Assembly (NCBI GenBank): GCA_964457825.1
Contig: CAYWGB010000001.1
Coordinates: 1-29,934, forward strand
Origin: an uncultured Campylobacterales bacterium
Lineage (GTDB): Bacteria > Campylobacterota > Campylobacteria > Campylobacterales > Sulfurovaceae
DNA: 29,934 bases
Direction of reading: 5' to 3'
Shown here in pieces: positions 9,228 to 18,426 of the stretch. Position numbers and translations under genes: made by a program. The first letter of the stretch is position 1; the number at the start of each line of letters is the position of its first letter. The notes beneath the pieces were generated by a model. That model saw only the letters and a list, made by a program, of their open reading frames with translations, searched no databases and had not been told where the DNA came from.

Positions 9228-9238
9228 ATTCAACTACA

Positions 9239-11134
9239 CTAGTCTAAATCATTAATCCAAACGTTCATATCTGCATCGCTAGCCATTTTCCAGTCTGCTC
9301 GAGGACTGAGCGATATTGTTCCCACTTTTGGTCCATCTGGCATACTGCTTCTCTTGAATTGTTGAGTAAAGAATCTACGTAGAAATACCTTGAGCCATCT
9401 CTTTACTGTAGTCTCATCATATCTACTACCAAATGCTTCGAGTGTCAAAAATAGTATCTTTTTTGGATTTGCCCCATACTTAATAAAATGATACAAAAAG
9501 AAATCATGCAATTCATAAGGCCCCACAATAGATTCTGTCTCTTGCACTGCCCCTTCGCCATCGCTTGGTAGCAACTCTGGGCTAATTGGAGTATCTAATA
9601 TGTCATCTATGATAGCAGATAGCGTCTCATCAGACTTAAAGTATTCTATAACATATCTGATGAGAGTTTTTGGAATCCCACTATTGATAGCATACATACT
9701 CATATGGTCGCCATTATAAGTACTCCACCCTAGGGCAATTTCGCTCAAATCTCCCGTACCGATCACTAACCCATTTTCTTGATTTGCCATATTCATCAAA
9801 ATAGCAGTTCTGGCTCTTGCCTGCACATTTTCATAAACTACACTCAAGTCATCCCTATCATGACCAATCGCTTCAAACTCTTTTAGCGCGATATCGGTTA
9901 TATCTACCTCTTTTAGAGTAACACCTAATCTCTCACATAGTGCAATAGCATTGTTCTTGGTTCGCTTGGTTGTCCCAAATCCAGGCATGGTAACGGCAAT
10001 AATATCTGCACTACTCCTGCCCATAATCTCATATGCCTTGTGTGTGCTAAGCAGCGCCAATGTAGAGTCAAGTCCACCAGATATCCCTATTAAAACTTTT
10101 GGTATCCTAGTATGTTTCAATCTCTTAATCAAGCCATATGCTTGAATCTGTACAATCTCATGAGATATATGCTCTCTATTGGCATGTTTTGATGGTACAA
10201 AAGGGGTCGAACTTATAGCCCTATTTAGTTTGGATATTCTATTTATATCAACCAAATCAATTACTCTTGTCTCTATGCGCTTTGTATCTGCATAGCTAGA
10301 CTCATTAATGCGAAGCCATCTTAGCTTTTGCAAATCTATATCTGCTGTAATAATATGGCTATCCTCAGAAAAACGCTCATTTTTCTCAAGTAGTGTTCCA
10401 TATTCTGCAATCAAACACTCACCACCATATACAGTATCAGTGGTAGACTCTCCTACTCCAGCAGAACTATAGACATATGCACCCACACATCTAGCGCTCT
10501 GTGTTCTGACCAACTCTTCGCGATACTCATGTTTACCCACGAGCTCATTGCTGGCACTTAGATTAAATATAATATTTGCTCCACTGCTTGACATCTGATT
10601 ACTAGGCGGAGTAACGGCCCACAGATCCTCACAAATCTCCACACCCAAGAGAAGATCCTCACCATCACCAAACAACAAATCCACACCAAACGGTACTCTC
10701 TGACCGGCTATTTTAATTGTGCTATTGATGATATCTATTCCCGAAACAAATTGTCTTTTTTCATAAAATTCTTTTTTGTTGGGTAGATAACTTTTAGGTA
10801 TTACTCCCAATATCTTGCCAGATTGCACTACTACTGCACAATTGTATAGCCTGTCAGCATCCATTATACTTGCACCGACAATAGCTATAATTTTGCTACC
10901 ATTAGTCTCTTCTAGGATGTGACTCAAAGCTCTATTTTGTGCCTGCAAAAGAGTGCTGTTGAGAAATAAATCACTAGCGGTATATCCAGTAATACAAAGT
11001 TCAGGAAAGACAACAACGCTACACTCTTTGTCGTTGGCCTCTTTTATTAATGCAACTATCTGCTTGGCATTAGCATCTGTATTGGCAACCTCTGTAGCAA
11101 TCATTGCAGATGCTACTCTGTAATATCCATACAT
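9239..11134 (-). CDS. nadE: Glutamine-dependent NAD+ synthetase
   Basis: N-terminal nitrilase domain (FPELCITGY, PKSYLPN..EFYEKR, EICEDLW) fused to a synthetase domain (GISGGLDS, ENVQAR, GTGDLSE, TYNGDH, PISPEL, QQFKR). Confidence 0.95.
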   Translation of the reverse strand: MYGYYRVASAMIATEVANTDANAKQIVALIKEANDKECSVVVFPELCITGYTASDLFLNSTLLQAQNRALSHILEETNGSKIIAIVGASIMDADRLYNCAVVVQSGKILGVIPKSYLPNKKEFYEKRQFVSGIDIINSTIKIAGQRVPFGVDLLFGDGEDLLLGVEICEDLWAVTPPSNQMSSSGANIIFNLSASNELVGKHEYREELVRTQSARCVGAYVYSSAGVGESTTDTVYGGECLIAEYGTLLEKNERFSEDSHIITADIDLQKLRWLRINESSYADTKRIETRVIDLVDINRISKLNRAISSTPFVPSKHANREHISHEIVQIQAYGLIKRLKHTRIPKVLIGISGGLDSTLALLSTHKAYEIMGRSSADIIAVTMPGFGTTKRTKNNAIALCERLGVTLKEVDITDIALKEFEAIGHDRDDLSVVYENVQARARTAILMNMANQENGLVIGTGDLSEIALGWSTYNGDHMSMYAINSGIPKTLIRYVIEYFKSDETLSAIIDDILDTPISPELLPSDGEGAVQETESIVGPYELHDFFLYHFIKYGANPKKILFLTLEAFGSRYDETTVKRWLKVFLRRFFTQQFKRSSMPDGPKVGTISLSPRADWKMASDADMNVWINDLD

Positions 11135-11169
11135 CTATATCCCCTTTGGGCCCACAGGCAAAGTAGCAT

Positions 11170-11178
11170 ATTTTATCA
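11170..11178 (-). promoter_or_regulatory. Extended -10 (TGaTAAAAT) for nadE
   Basis: Lies in the dsbD-nadE gap, 35 nt upstream of the nadE ATG. Confidence 0.55.
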
Positions 11179-11186
11179 TAAATTGC

Positions 11187-12992
11187 CTACTTGATCGTTT
11201 TTAACTTTTTTAAAAAAGATTCAGGAGGTATATACCCCGTTAAAAATTCATTATTCAATGGCTTAGAGCTGCTATCAAAAAAGAGAATATTTGGAGCACC
11301 AAAAATATTGTATTTATCCATTATTGCCTTATCACCTTCTGTGTATTTTGTGATATCCACTTGAATAAACTTAAATCTCTTAAACTCCTCTTTAACTTTT
11401 GCGTCAGCAAAAGTAATATTCTCTAGCTCCAAACAAGCTGCACATCCATCTTTGCCAATATCTACTACTACTGGCTTACCAGCACTCTCTATCTCGTTTT
11501 GCAACCTCTCTAGCGTATACCCTAAACGAGAGGACTTCTCATCTGCCTTGTCACTATTTGTCTTCTTAAGTGTTGCACTTTTTACTTGTGTAAATCTGTC
11601 AAGTGGGTTCGTCAATGAAGTTGACCCACTCGCAAATCCAACAAACAAAATAGTCCCATATAGAAATATCATAACTCCAAATAGAGTAAACAACTTAACA
11701 AAGCCATCCCTAGTACGTTTCGAATCAAATGTGCCCATATAAATAGAGATACCAATCAGCAACACAGAAGACAACAGCATCGTGACACTCGGAGGCAGTA
11801 ATCTAGACAGGATATAAAGTGCTACCATCAACATGGAGACACCAAATAGTTGTGATACTCCAGTCATCCAGCCACCAGGTTTCGGCACCAATCTGTCTGC
11901 ACCAACACCTATTAACAAGAGTGGCATGCCAGCCCCAAGACCCATAATAAACAAAGAAATTCCACCAAGTACCGCATCTCCAGTACTTGCGATAAACGCA
12001 ACTGCTCCGCTAATCACTGGCGCCGTACAGGCTCCTACTATTAAAGCAGAAAGAGATCCCATAATTGCTGTCCCGACAAATCCTTTGCCCTGTGCATTAT
12101 CACTCGCCTTCATTATTTTACTCTGCCAAGAAGATGGAAGAGCAAGCTCGTACAATCCAAACAACGATAGAGCAAGGGCAACAAAAAGTCCTGCAAACGG
12201 TATCACTACCCAAGGATTGTTCATATTTGCAGCCAAGTCAAATTTAAACAGACCAGCCACAACTCCAATCAGAGCATATGTCAAAGCCATAGATACTACA
12301 TATACCAAGGATATTGTAAAGGACTTACCACGATTGATTTTACCGTCCTTGTTACCTTGTTGTAAAATAATCGAAGAGAGTATAGGAACCATAGGCAATA
12401 TACACGGTGTAAGCGCCAGCAGCAAACCAGCTATAAAAAATAGCAAAAGTACAAAAAAGAGATTTCCACTAGCCAGTACATCACTTATCTTGCCTGCATT
12501 GCCACTGCTTATGAGGGAGGATATTTTAGAGAATAGACCTTGAGATGATTCCTTATCTTGTGCGAACTTAAATGTTCTTTTTTGAGGCAAATAGCATATC
12601 CCTCCATCCGAACACCCAGTCATCTCGATTGTGACATTAAAATCTCCATCCACTCGATTGCTAATACTTTTCATTGGTATATCTACAGAAATATCATGAA
12701 AGATTTCATCTTTTCCATGTATTTGGGCTTTTGGCAAAGCAGGAGAGAGTTCAAAGTTTTCAGGAGATGTAACCTTAAAGTGCAAATCCTTTTTATAAAT
12801 ATAAATTTTGTCGCCTAGCTTTATGTTGACTTTTATCTTGTCGCCATCTTTTTGCACTGCTGCCTTAAAGGCTTCACTAGGTTGCAAAAATTTCTGTTGC
12901 TTAGAGCCGCTAAAACCACTAAAACCTGCCCCATCTAACGCAAACATACTTGCTGCAAGTACAAATAATATATATGCAATTTTTATTTTCAT
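11187..12992 (-). CDS. dsbD: Thiol:disulfide interchange protein DsbD
   Basis: Signal peptide; N-domain GCSDGGICY; TM domain LTPCILPM and GACTAP; C-terminal thioredoxin CAAC. Confidence 0.92.
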   Translation of the reverse strand: MKIKIAYILFVLAASMFALDGAGFSGFSGSKQQKFLQPSEAFKAAVQKDGDKIKVNIKLGDKIYIYKKDLHFKVTSPENFELSPALPKAQIHGKDEIFHDISVDIPMKSISNRVDGDFNVTIEMTGCSDGGICYLPQKRTFKFAQDKESSQGLFSKISSLISSGNAGKISDVLASGNLFFVLLLFFIAGLLLALTPCILPMVPILSSIILQQGNKDGKINRGKSFTISLVYVVSMALTYALIGVVAGLFKFDLAANMNNPWVVIPFAGLFVALALSLFGLYELALPSSWQSKIMKASDNAQGKGFVGTAIMGSLSALIVGACTAPVISGAVAFIASTGDAVLGGISLFIMGLGAGMPLLLIGVGADRLVPKPGGWMTGVSQLFGVSMLMVALYILSRLLPPSVTMLLSSVLLIGISIYMGTFDSKRTRDGFVKLFTLFGVMIFLYGTILFVGFASGSTSLTNPLDRFTQVKSATLKKTNSDKADEKSSRLGYTLERLQNEIESAGKPVVVDIGKDGCAACLELENITFADAKVKEEFKRFKFIQVDITKYTEGDKAIMDKYNIFGAPNILFFDSSSKPLNNEFLTGYIPPESFLKKLKTIK

Positions 12993-13021
12993 TCTCTTCT
13001 CTCTTTTACTAAATATTACAA

Positions 13022-13030
13022 ACTATATCA
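13022..13030 (-). promoter_or_regulatory. Extended -10 (TGaTATAGT) for dsbD
   Basis: Same 9-mer as 18-26, 29 nt upstream of the dsbD ATG; overlaps palindrome 13026-13040. Confidence 0.5.
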
Positions 13031-13056
13031 AATATTGATAAACAGATATTCTAATT

Positions 13057-13383
13057 TTACAGCTCTACCACATCCCACCCCTCTTCTAGCATCAATGCTT
13101 TTGCTTTGGAGCACAAAGGTGCATCTATTATCATGCACTTTTTAAATATCTTTGAATCGTTGTATTTTTCAAGTCTACCATGCAGTTCCATCAACTCCGT
13201 AGCCTCTTTCCTGAGTATTCTGCTCTTTTTGGATATATATATAAGCATTGTGTAGTATTTTTTTAAATCCACACCAAGATAGAGACCTACTCGCTTTCTA
13301 CTTCCTAGCTCTTTTGGAAGCACCGGAGATAATCTGCTAAAAACTTTTCCATGCTTCCTGCAGATATCTATGACATTTCTCAT
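13057..13383 (-). CDS. Conserved hypothetical protein (108 aa, basic)
   Basis: Starts 1 bp after the recombinase stop; GVDLKKYY, KKSR, APLCSKAK..GW pattern recalled from Campylobacterota hypotheticals. Confidence 0.75.
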   Translation of the reverse strand: MRNVIDICRKHGKVFSRLSPVLPKELGSRKRVGLYLGVDLKKYYTMLIYISKKSRILRKEATELMELHGRLEKYNDSKIFKKCMIIDAPLCSKAKALMLEEGWDVVEL

Positions 13384-13384
13384 C

Positions 13385-14203
13385 CTAACTCCTCAGTGGG
13401 TGATATTGATAGAGGGTATCTCTCAACTCTTTTTGTTCTATATGTGTGTATATTTGGGTTGTTATCAGAGAACTGTGCCCCAGTAACTCTTGAACTACTC
13501 TCAAATCAGCACCGCCAATAATAAGTGATGATGCAAAAGAATGCCTCAGTACATGAGGAGAGACACCTAGATACTTTTTTGTAATCTTGTATGCCGAGAC
13601 TCTACTCAACGGTTCACCTTTATAGTTTAGCCACAAGTAACTGCTTTGTACATCAGCATTGGCTAAATACTCCTCTAGAGCCTCGATTGCCACAGGTGCC
13701 AACGGTACCATCCTCTCTTTTTGCCCCTTGGCATACCTTATTTTAAGCCAGCCATCTACGATATCGGCTCTCTGCGCAGACAAAGCCTCTGATATACGGC
13801 ACCCACTGGCATATAAAAATAGTATCAATGCATAGTCGCGCTTACCTGCAAGCTTACCTCTATCGATCAATTCTAGCCCGCTTTGCACCTCATCCAAAGA
13901 GAGATATTTGGGCAAATTCTTTGGAATCTTTGCCATGGGGATTTTAATTTTAGAGGTTGTAAATTCTTGACTATGGCAAAAATTGTAAAAAGAGTTGATT
14001 GCAGAAAGTTTACGGTTCAACGTTCTCTTGTTGTCAAAGCCTGACAAAAAAGATAAGATATCTATGCTATCGAGCATCAATAAATTCTTATTGCTATGCT
14101 CCTCCAGCTGTTCCAAATCACATACATAAGAGCTAATGCTTTTTTCATCCAAAGCCTTGATGACGCTAAGATGCTCCTCAAATGCCTGAATTGCATTACT
14201 CAT
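13385..14203 (-). CDS. xerD: XerC/XerD-like tyrosine recombinase
   Basis: Intact catalytic set: YASGCRISE (R), KGQKER (K), HVLRHSFA (HxxR), LLGH, TTQIYTH (Y); SAM-like N-domain RKLSAINSFY. Confidence 0.8.
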   Translation of the reverse strand: MSNAIQAFEEHLSVIKALDEKSISSYVCDLEQLEEHSNKNLLMLDSIDILSFLSGFDNKRTLNRKLSAINSFYNFCHSQEFTTSKIKIPMAKIPKNLPKYLSLDEVQSGLELIDRGKLAGKRDYALILFLYASGCRISEALSAQRADIVDGWLKIRYAKGQKERMVPLAPVAIEALEEYLANADVQSSYLWLNYKGEPLSRVSAYKITKKYLGVSPHVLRHSFASSLIIGGADLRVVQELLGHSSLITTQIYTHIEQKELRDTLYQYHPLRS

Positions 14204-14213
14204 TTTTAGATAA

Positions 14214-14789
14214 TTACTTTCCTGCCAAGTAGTGATCCATTTTCTTTGCTATAGGTGCCAACTGAGAGTTGTCATCTATTTGCATTAGTTTACTTTTTGC
14301 TGTTTTGTAATCTTTTTTATTAAGCGCTGCATAAGCCTCTTGCATGAGGCTCAAGTCATGATAATATTTTGAATCTTCTTGCGTTTGATTTATGAGCCCT
14401 AGATGGTACCTGCTTATATCAGCTATCAATGTGTCACTACTCTTAGATAGTCTCTCTAACTCTTTTGCATCTGTACTCTTGATGGCTGTCGAATAGCTAT
14501 ACAGCTCAAACAGCTTAGGATTTAAACTTTTTAATTTCTCGGCTAGTGCTTTATCGTCTGGTGTTTTTTCTAAAGCCGCCAAAGTCTCATTTGCCGCCAT
14601 AAGGTTCTCTTTATCTTGATAGGTTTTATAGTTCCACCCTGCTATGACTAAAACAACTATTCCGGCGAATACCCATATTTTTTTCTTGTGCTTATTGTAT
14701 GTCTTCTCTACTTTGAAGGCATTTTCCAATATCTTCTCATCAGTCGTCAATGACTCTTTTACAAACTCTACTTCATCTTTTAGGCCCAC
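14214..14789 (-). CDS. Single-TM TPR-like protein, YfgM-like
   Basis: AGGAG SD and GTG start; cytoplasmic N-terminus, one TM helix (IWVFAGIVVLVIAGW), helical C-terminal region. Confidence 0.65.
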   Translation of the reverse strand: MGLKDEVEFVKESLTTDEKILENAFKVEKTYNKHKKKIWVFAGIVVLVIAGWNYKTYQDKENLMAANETLAALEKTPDDKALAEKLKSLNPKLFELYSYSTAIKSTDAKELERLSKSSDTLIADISRYHLGLINQTQEDSKYYHDLSLMQEAYAALNKKDYKTAKSKLMQIDDNSQLAPIAKKMDHYLAGK

Positions 14790-14821
14790 TTATTTCTCCT
14801 TGGTGCTATAAACTTGCAAGA

Positions 14822-14830
14822 ATTATACCA
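14822..14830 (-). promoter_or_regulatory. Extended -10 (TGgTATAAT) for the YfgM-like/xer/hypothetical unit
   Basis: Perfect TGnTATAAT in the gap after the mutS2 stop, 32 nt upstream of GTG 14789. Confidence 0.65.
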
Positions 14831-14843
14831 TTTACACTTAAAA

Positions 14844-17057
14844 CTATAGCTCCACAATGGTTGCTCCCATATTGCCGGGAACCTTGTAGAAATTATCTAT
14901 CTTTGGATGTTCACGTAAATACTCTGCAACTAATCTGGCAAGTATGCCGCCCCCTGTGCCATGTATTATCTCCACCTCATTGAGCCCATGCAGCATCGCA
15001 TCAGATATAAATTTATCAACCTTCTCTATCGCTTCATCTCCATACATTCCCAAAAGCTTTATCGATACCGATGCACTACTTTTTTGTACTCTTGTGGTCA
15101 CTTTTGGCTCTTTCCTGGCAGGTTTGGATATCTCGACTTGAGTCAATTTCAAATCCACCATTGGCACTCTCATCTTGAGTCCATCCACTACAATAACTGC
15201 TTCTTCTGCTTTTATAGACATCACCTCACCTCTGTGCGAACGATACTTTACATTATCTCCCACTTTAAGTTTCGGCTTCTCTCTCTTTGTGATTGGTTTT
15301 GCTTTGATTTTATGCTTGTGCGCTTCATTTAAGAGCCTTCTACCATCTGAGCTATCTTTACTGTTGAGAGCCTGCTTGGCTCTTTTTGTAGCAGCATTGT
15401 ACCTATTTTCTAGAGTGGCTATCGCTTTACGCTGCTCCTCTTGCATTTTCTCTTCGATGGACTCGAGGTGTACCCTTTTTTTCTCAAGTTTCTCTCTCTC
15501 AGCTTCAACTGTTTTAATTTTTTGCCTCATCTCTCTCTCAAGAGTAGTAGATTTCTCTATTAATTCTCCAAGTCTCTCTTTGTCTTCACCAAAGAACTCT
15601 TTGGCCTTCTCTATTACAAGTGTTGATATTCCATATCTCTGTGCAGTCTCAAAAGCATAACTCTTGCCTATACTTCCTTGTAGGTACCTATAAGTCGGTA
15701 GCCTTCTCTCCTCATCATACAGTGCGGCTACAAGTTCAACATCATCATCCTCTGCCATTAAAGAGGCTAGTCTTTTGTGGTGCGTAGTCACTATAAAAGT
15801 ATTGCCTCGTTTTTTCAAATCTTCCAGCATGACTTTAAAAAGTGCCGCGGCCTCATCTGCATCAGTTCCCAACTCTATCTCATCTACCCCCACAATAGCA
15901 CCATTGACTCTAAATAATCTGGAAAACTCTTGCATCCTACCTGCAAATGTAGATATATCATTTTTTACTGATTGGGGATCATCTATGATGGCCTCAATAT
16001 TTTTAAATTTTCCTATTTTTGTTTTATGCTTAGTGCATCTAAAAGGCAACAGATACTTGCTCATATATACAGCACTCAGTATAGACTTTAGCAGCATCGT
16101 CTTTCCGCCCGCATTTACACCAGTCACCAACATAATCTTTTTATTAAAACTCAAAGATATCGGCACGCAGTCGCTGATGGCAGGGTGTGCAAAATTTTCC
16201 AATATTATCTCACTGCTACTCGATGGCAGCACAAACTCATACTCATAAGCTTTTGCAAAATTGACTCTTGCTTGATAGTGATCAAACTTGTCATACTCAT
16301 TATTGATATAGTTTAAAAATCTCTCCCATCTATAAAAAACCGCTGAGAAATCACGACAATATCTCCATATAATCTGCTCCTTTTTTTGCACCAACTCACT
16401 CTGTATATCTTTTAACTCTGATATTTTTGAGGGCACGATATAAAAAAATCCTCCAGAACTTCTGCCTATTACTGTTGCCTTGAGCACATTGGAAAAGCCT
16501 CCACGAACCAGTAAACACTCTTGAGAGTTTTGTAGATGTATCTGCGTGTCAACCAAATAATCGCTCAAGCTCGAAGATCGGCTTATCTTATAGAGTGCAT
16601 CTTTTATCATCTGCTTATTTTTTGACAATGCTCTATCCAGATCTCTCAATTCAGTATCAAGTTCAGGATTGATTTGTGCATCATCTGTAAAGTAATTCGT
16701 TACCTCTAATATCTCATCTGGAATGTCAATACCATGTATCCAGCTAGATACTGGCTCTTGAAAGCTAACACTCTTAAGCCTACGGAAATATTCAACAATA
16801 TTTACAAAAACATACAACTCATCCAGAGACAAAATTGCCTGCTTACGTAATCTGGCCAACCAGCCGTCCACGATAGGTACCTCTACGGGGTCAGGAAATT
16901 CCACTTGCGCCAATGACTCTACATAACGGTAGTGCTGGTTGATATCACCTTGCATTATGATTGATTTTTCTCTCGCAAAAAATTTACTAAAATTCTTTAC
17001 ATGACCATCTAAATCAAGTTTTGTAACTATACTCTCTTTGTAATCTTCTATTGACAT
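14844..17057 (-). CDS. mutS2: Endonuclease MutS2
   Basis: Walker A GVNAGGKT, STFAG, DEIELGTD, TTHH, GKSYAF, coiled coil, C-terminal Smr domain (IIHGTG.G.L). Confidence 0.93.
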   Translation of the reverse strand: MSIEDYKESIVTKLDLDGHVKNFSKFFAREKSIIMQGDINQHYRYVESLAQVEFPDPVEVPIVDGWLARLRKQAILSLDELYVFVNIVEYFRRLKSVSFQEPVSSWIHGIDIPDEILEVTNYFTDDAQINPELDTELRDLDRALSKNKQMIKDALYKISRSSSLSDYLVDTQIHLQNSQECLLVRGGFSNVLKATVIGRSSGGFFYIVPSKISELKDIQSELVQKKEQIIWRYCRDFSAVFYRWERFLNYINNEYDKFDHYQARVNFAKAYEYEFVLPSSSSEIILENFAHPAISDCVPISLSFNKKIMLVTGVNAGGKTMLLKSILSAVYMSKYLLPFRCTKHKTKIGKFKNIEAIIDDPQSVKNDISTFAGRMQEFSRLFRVNGAIVGVDEIELGTDADEAAALFKVMLEDLKKRGNTFIVTTHHKRLASLMAEDDDVELVAALYDEERRLPTYRYLQGSIGKSYAFETAQRYGISTLVIEKAKEFFGEDKERLGELIEKSTTLEREMRQKIKTVEAEREKLEKKRVHLESIEEKMQEEQRKAIATLENRYNAATKRAKQALNSKDSSDGRRLLNEAHKHKIKAKPITKREKPKLKVGDNVKYRSHRGEVMSIKAEEAVIVVDGLKMRVPMVDLKLTQVEISKPARKEPKVTTRVQKSSASVSIKLLGMYGDEAIEKVDKFISDAMLHGLNEVEIIHGTGGGILARLVAEYLREHPKIDNFYKVPGNMGATIVEL

Positions 17058-17103
17058 ATATTTTTACACCACTTAATATTGTCAATATATTCGTAGACCA
17101 TTA

Positions 17104-18426
17104 CTATGCCTCTCCACGTATCTGATAAGTGATATCTCCAGCCCCAAATCCTACTATCAAGTCTTTACTATATTCTCGGATAACATGTCCATCTTTGTAT
17201 ATTTTGACAATACCATCTTCTTTGCTGACGTTATCTGCCAACAAAAGTTTATATCTACTAAAAGCACCTTTGAGATCTATCTCTACCTCTATCTCTCCTG
17301 CTGCCCAAATAGGTAAGATGACAAGCTCGTCAACACCTTCGAAGCAGTTGACAAATCCATCTAGATTATCTATAGTTCTGCTGTACTTATGAGGCTGCCA
17401 AATAGCATAGATATTGCTAAACTCTCTTTTTTTTGCATACTCTTGTAAAGACTGCATTGTTGCTTTTATCTCGGTTGGATGGTGACCATAGTCATCTATG
17501 ACAACACACTGTTCTCTATCTTGGATGATATCAAAACGCTTTTTGATACCTGAGTACTTCAGTAAATTTTGTCTGATATCCTCTAATCCCTCACCAAGCT
17601 CAAGCGCTGCCAATATTGCCAAAGCTGCATCTAGTGCAATATGATATCCAAAACCATATACATCAAATCTACCGATATTTGACAGTTCAAATCTAGTATA
17701 AGGCTTTCCGTCCAATAATATATACTCCACATTGGACAAATCTTTGGATGGATACAGCCTGATACTATCTAGCTCCAGAGTTGACAACCACTCATCTTCC
17801 GCATTTATTACACGTATCTTAGCCAATGTCAAAAATTTCAGGTATGCATCATAAAATCGTTTCTCATCATACTCATAGTACTCCATATGCTCCGGTTCAA
17901 CATTTGTCACAATAGCCAAGTACGGGTTAGAGTTCAAAAAACTCTCATCACTCTCATCAGCTTCAAATACAACCCTGTCATTATCACAGTGACGTACGTT
18001 TGAGCCAAATAATTTATTGATAGCCCCTATAAGAGCATTTGTTTGCGGTACAACAGCGGACAACATAGCAGAAGTTGTACTTTTGCCATGTGCGCCACCC
18101 ACTGCATACACCTGCTTCTCTTTAAGGATAAACTTTAGTGCCTCTTTTCTAGATAACAGTTCAATCCCTAGCGCTTTTGCTTTTTTATATTCACTATTCG
18201 TGGGTCTAACAGCTGCTGAGTAGATAACCAAATCTACATTTTCTACAGCATCTTCATGATGCGGTATTGTAATTTTGGCTCCAAAATTTGTGGCCAAATC
18301 ATTTGTAATTTCACTCTGCTTTATATCACTTCCTGAAATTTTATGACCGTCATTAGATAAAAATTTTGCCAATGCCGAGAGTCCAATACCGCCTATGCCG
18401 ATGAAGTGTATTTTTTTAGACTGCAC
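17104..18426 (-). CDS. murC: UDP-N-acetylmuramate--L-alanine ligase
   Basis: IHFIGIGGIGLSALA, GAHGKSTTS, EADESD, TNVEPEHMEYY, GIKKRF, DDYGHHPTEI, WQPHKYSRT. Confidence 0.95.
   Translation of the reverse strand: MQSKKIHFIGIGGIGLSALAKFLSNDGHKISGSDIKQSEITNDLATNFGAKITIPHHEDAVENVDLVIYSAAVRPTNSEYKKAKALGIELLSRKEALKFILKEKQVYAVGGAHGKSTTSAMLSAVVPQTNALIGAINKLFGSNVRHCDNDRVVFEADESDESFLNSNPYLAIVTNVEPEHMEYYEYDEKRFYDAYLKFLTLAKIRVINAEDEWLSTLELDSIRLYPSKDLSNVEYILLDGKPYTRFELSNIGRFDVYGFGYHIALDAALAILAALELGEGLEDIRQNLLKYSGIKKRFDIIQDREQCVVIDDYGHHPTEIKATMQSLQEYAKKREFSNIYAIWQPHKYSRTIDNLDGFVNCFEGVDELVILPIWAAGEIEVEIDLKGAFSRYKLLLADNVSKEDGIVKIYKDGHVIREYSKDLIVGFGAGDITYQIRGEA

Noticed and set aside
11135-11186. Known NAD+ riboswitch upstream of nadE
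   Set aside because: The leader is about 30 nt and I cannot match it to NAD+-I or NAD+-II consensus; kept only as a generic hairpin.
11452-12543. Long + strand ORFs antisense to dsbD (236 aa and 96 aa), and similar ones opposite secF, mutS2, pabB and glcD
   Set aside because: Shadow frames of well-supported genes; Ser/Pro/Ile-rich composition, no SD or motifs.
13385-14203. Tyrosine recombinase as the integrase of a mobile element
   Set aside because: No flanking direct repeats, tRNA target or cargo; it is embedded in a coupled housekeeping operon.
15490-17434. Short simple repeats: (TC)5 near 15491 and T8 near 17427
   Set aside because: In-frame, encoding charged residues; no poly-G/C tracts typical of phase variation.
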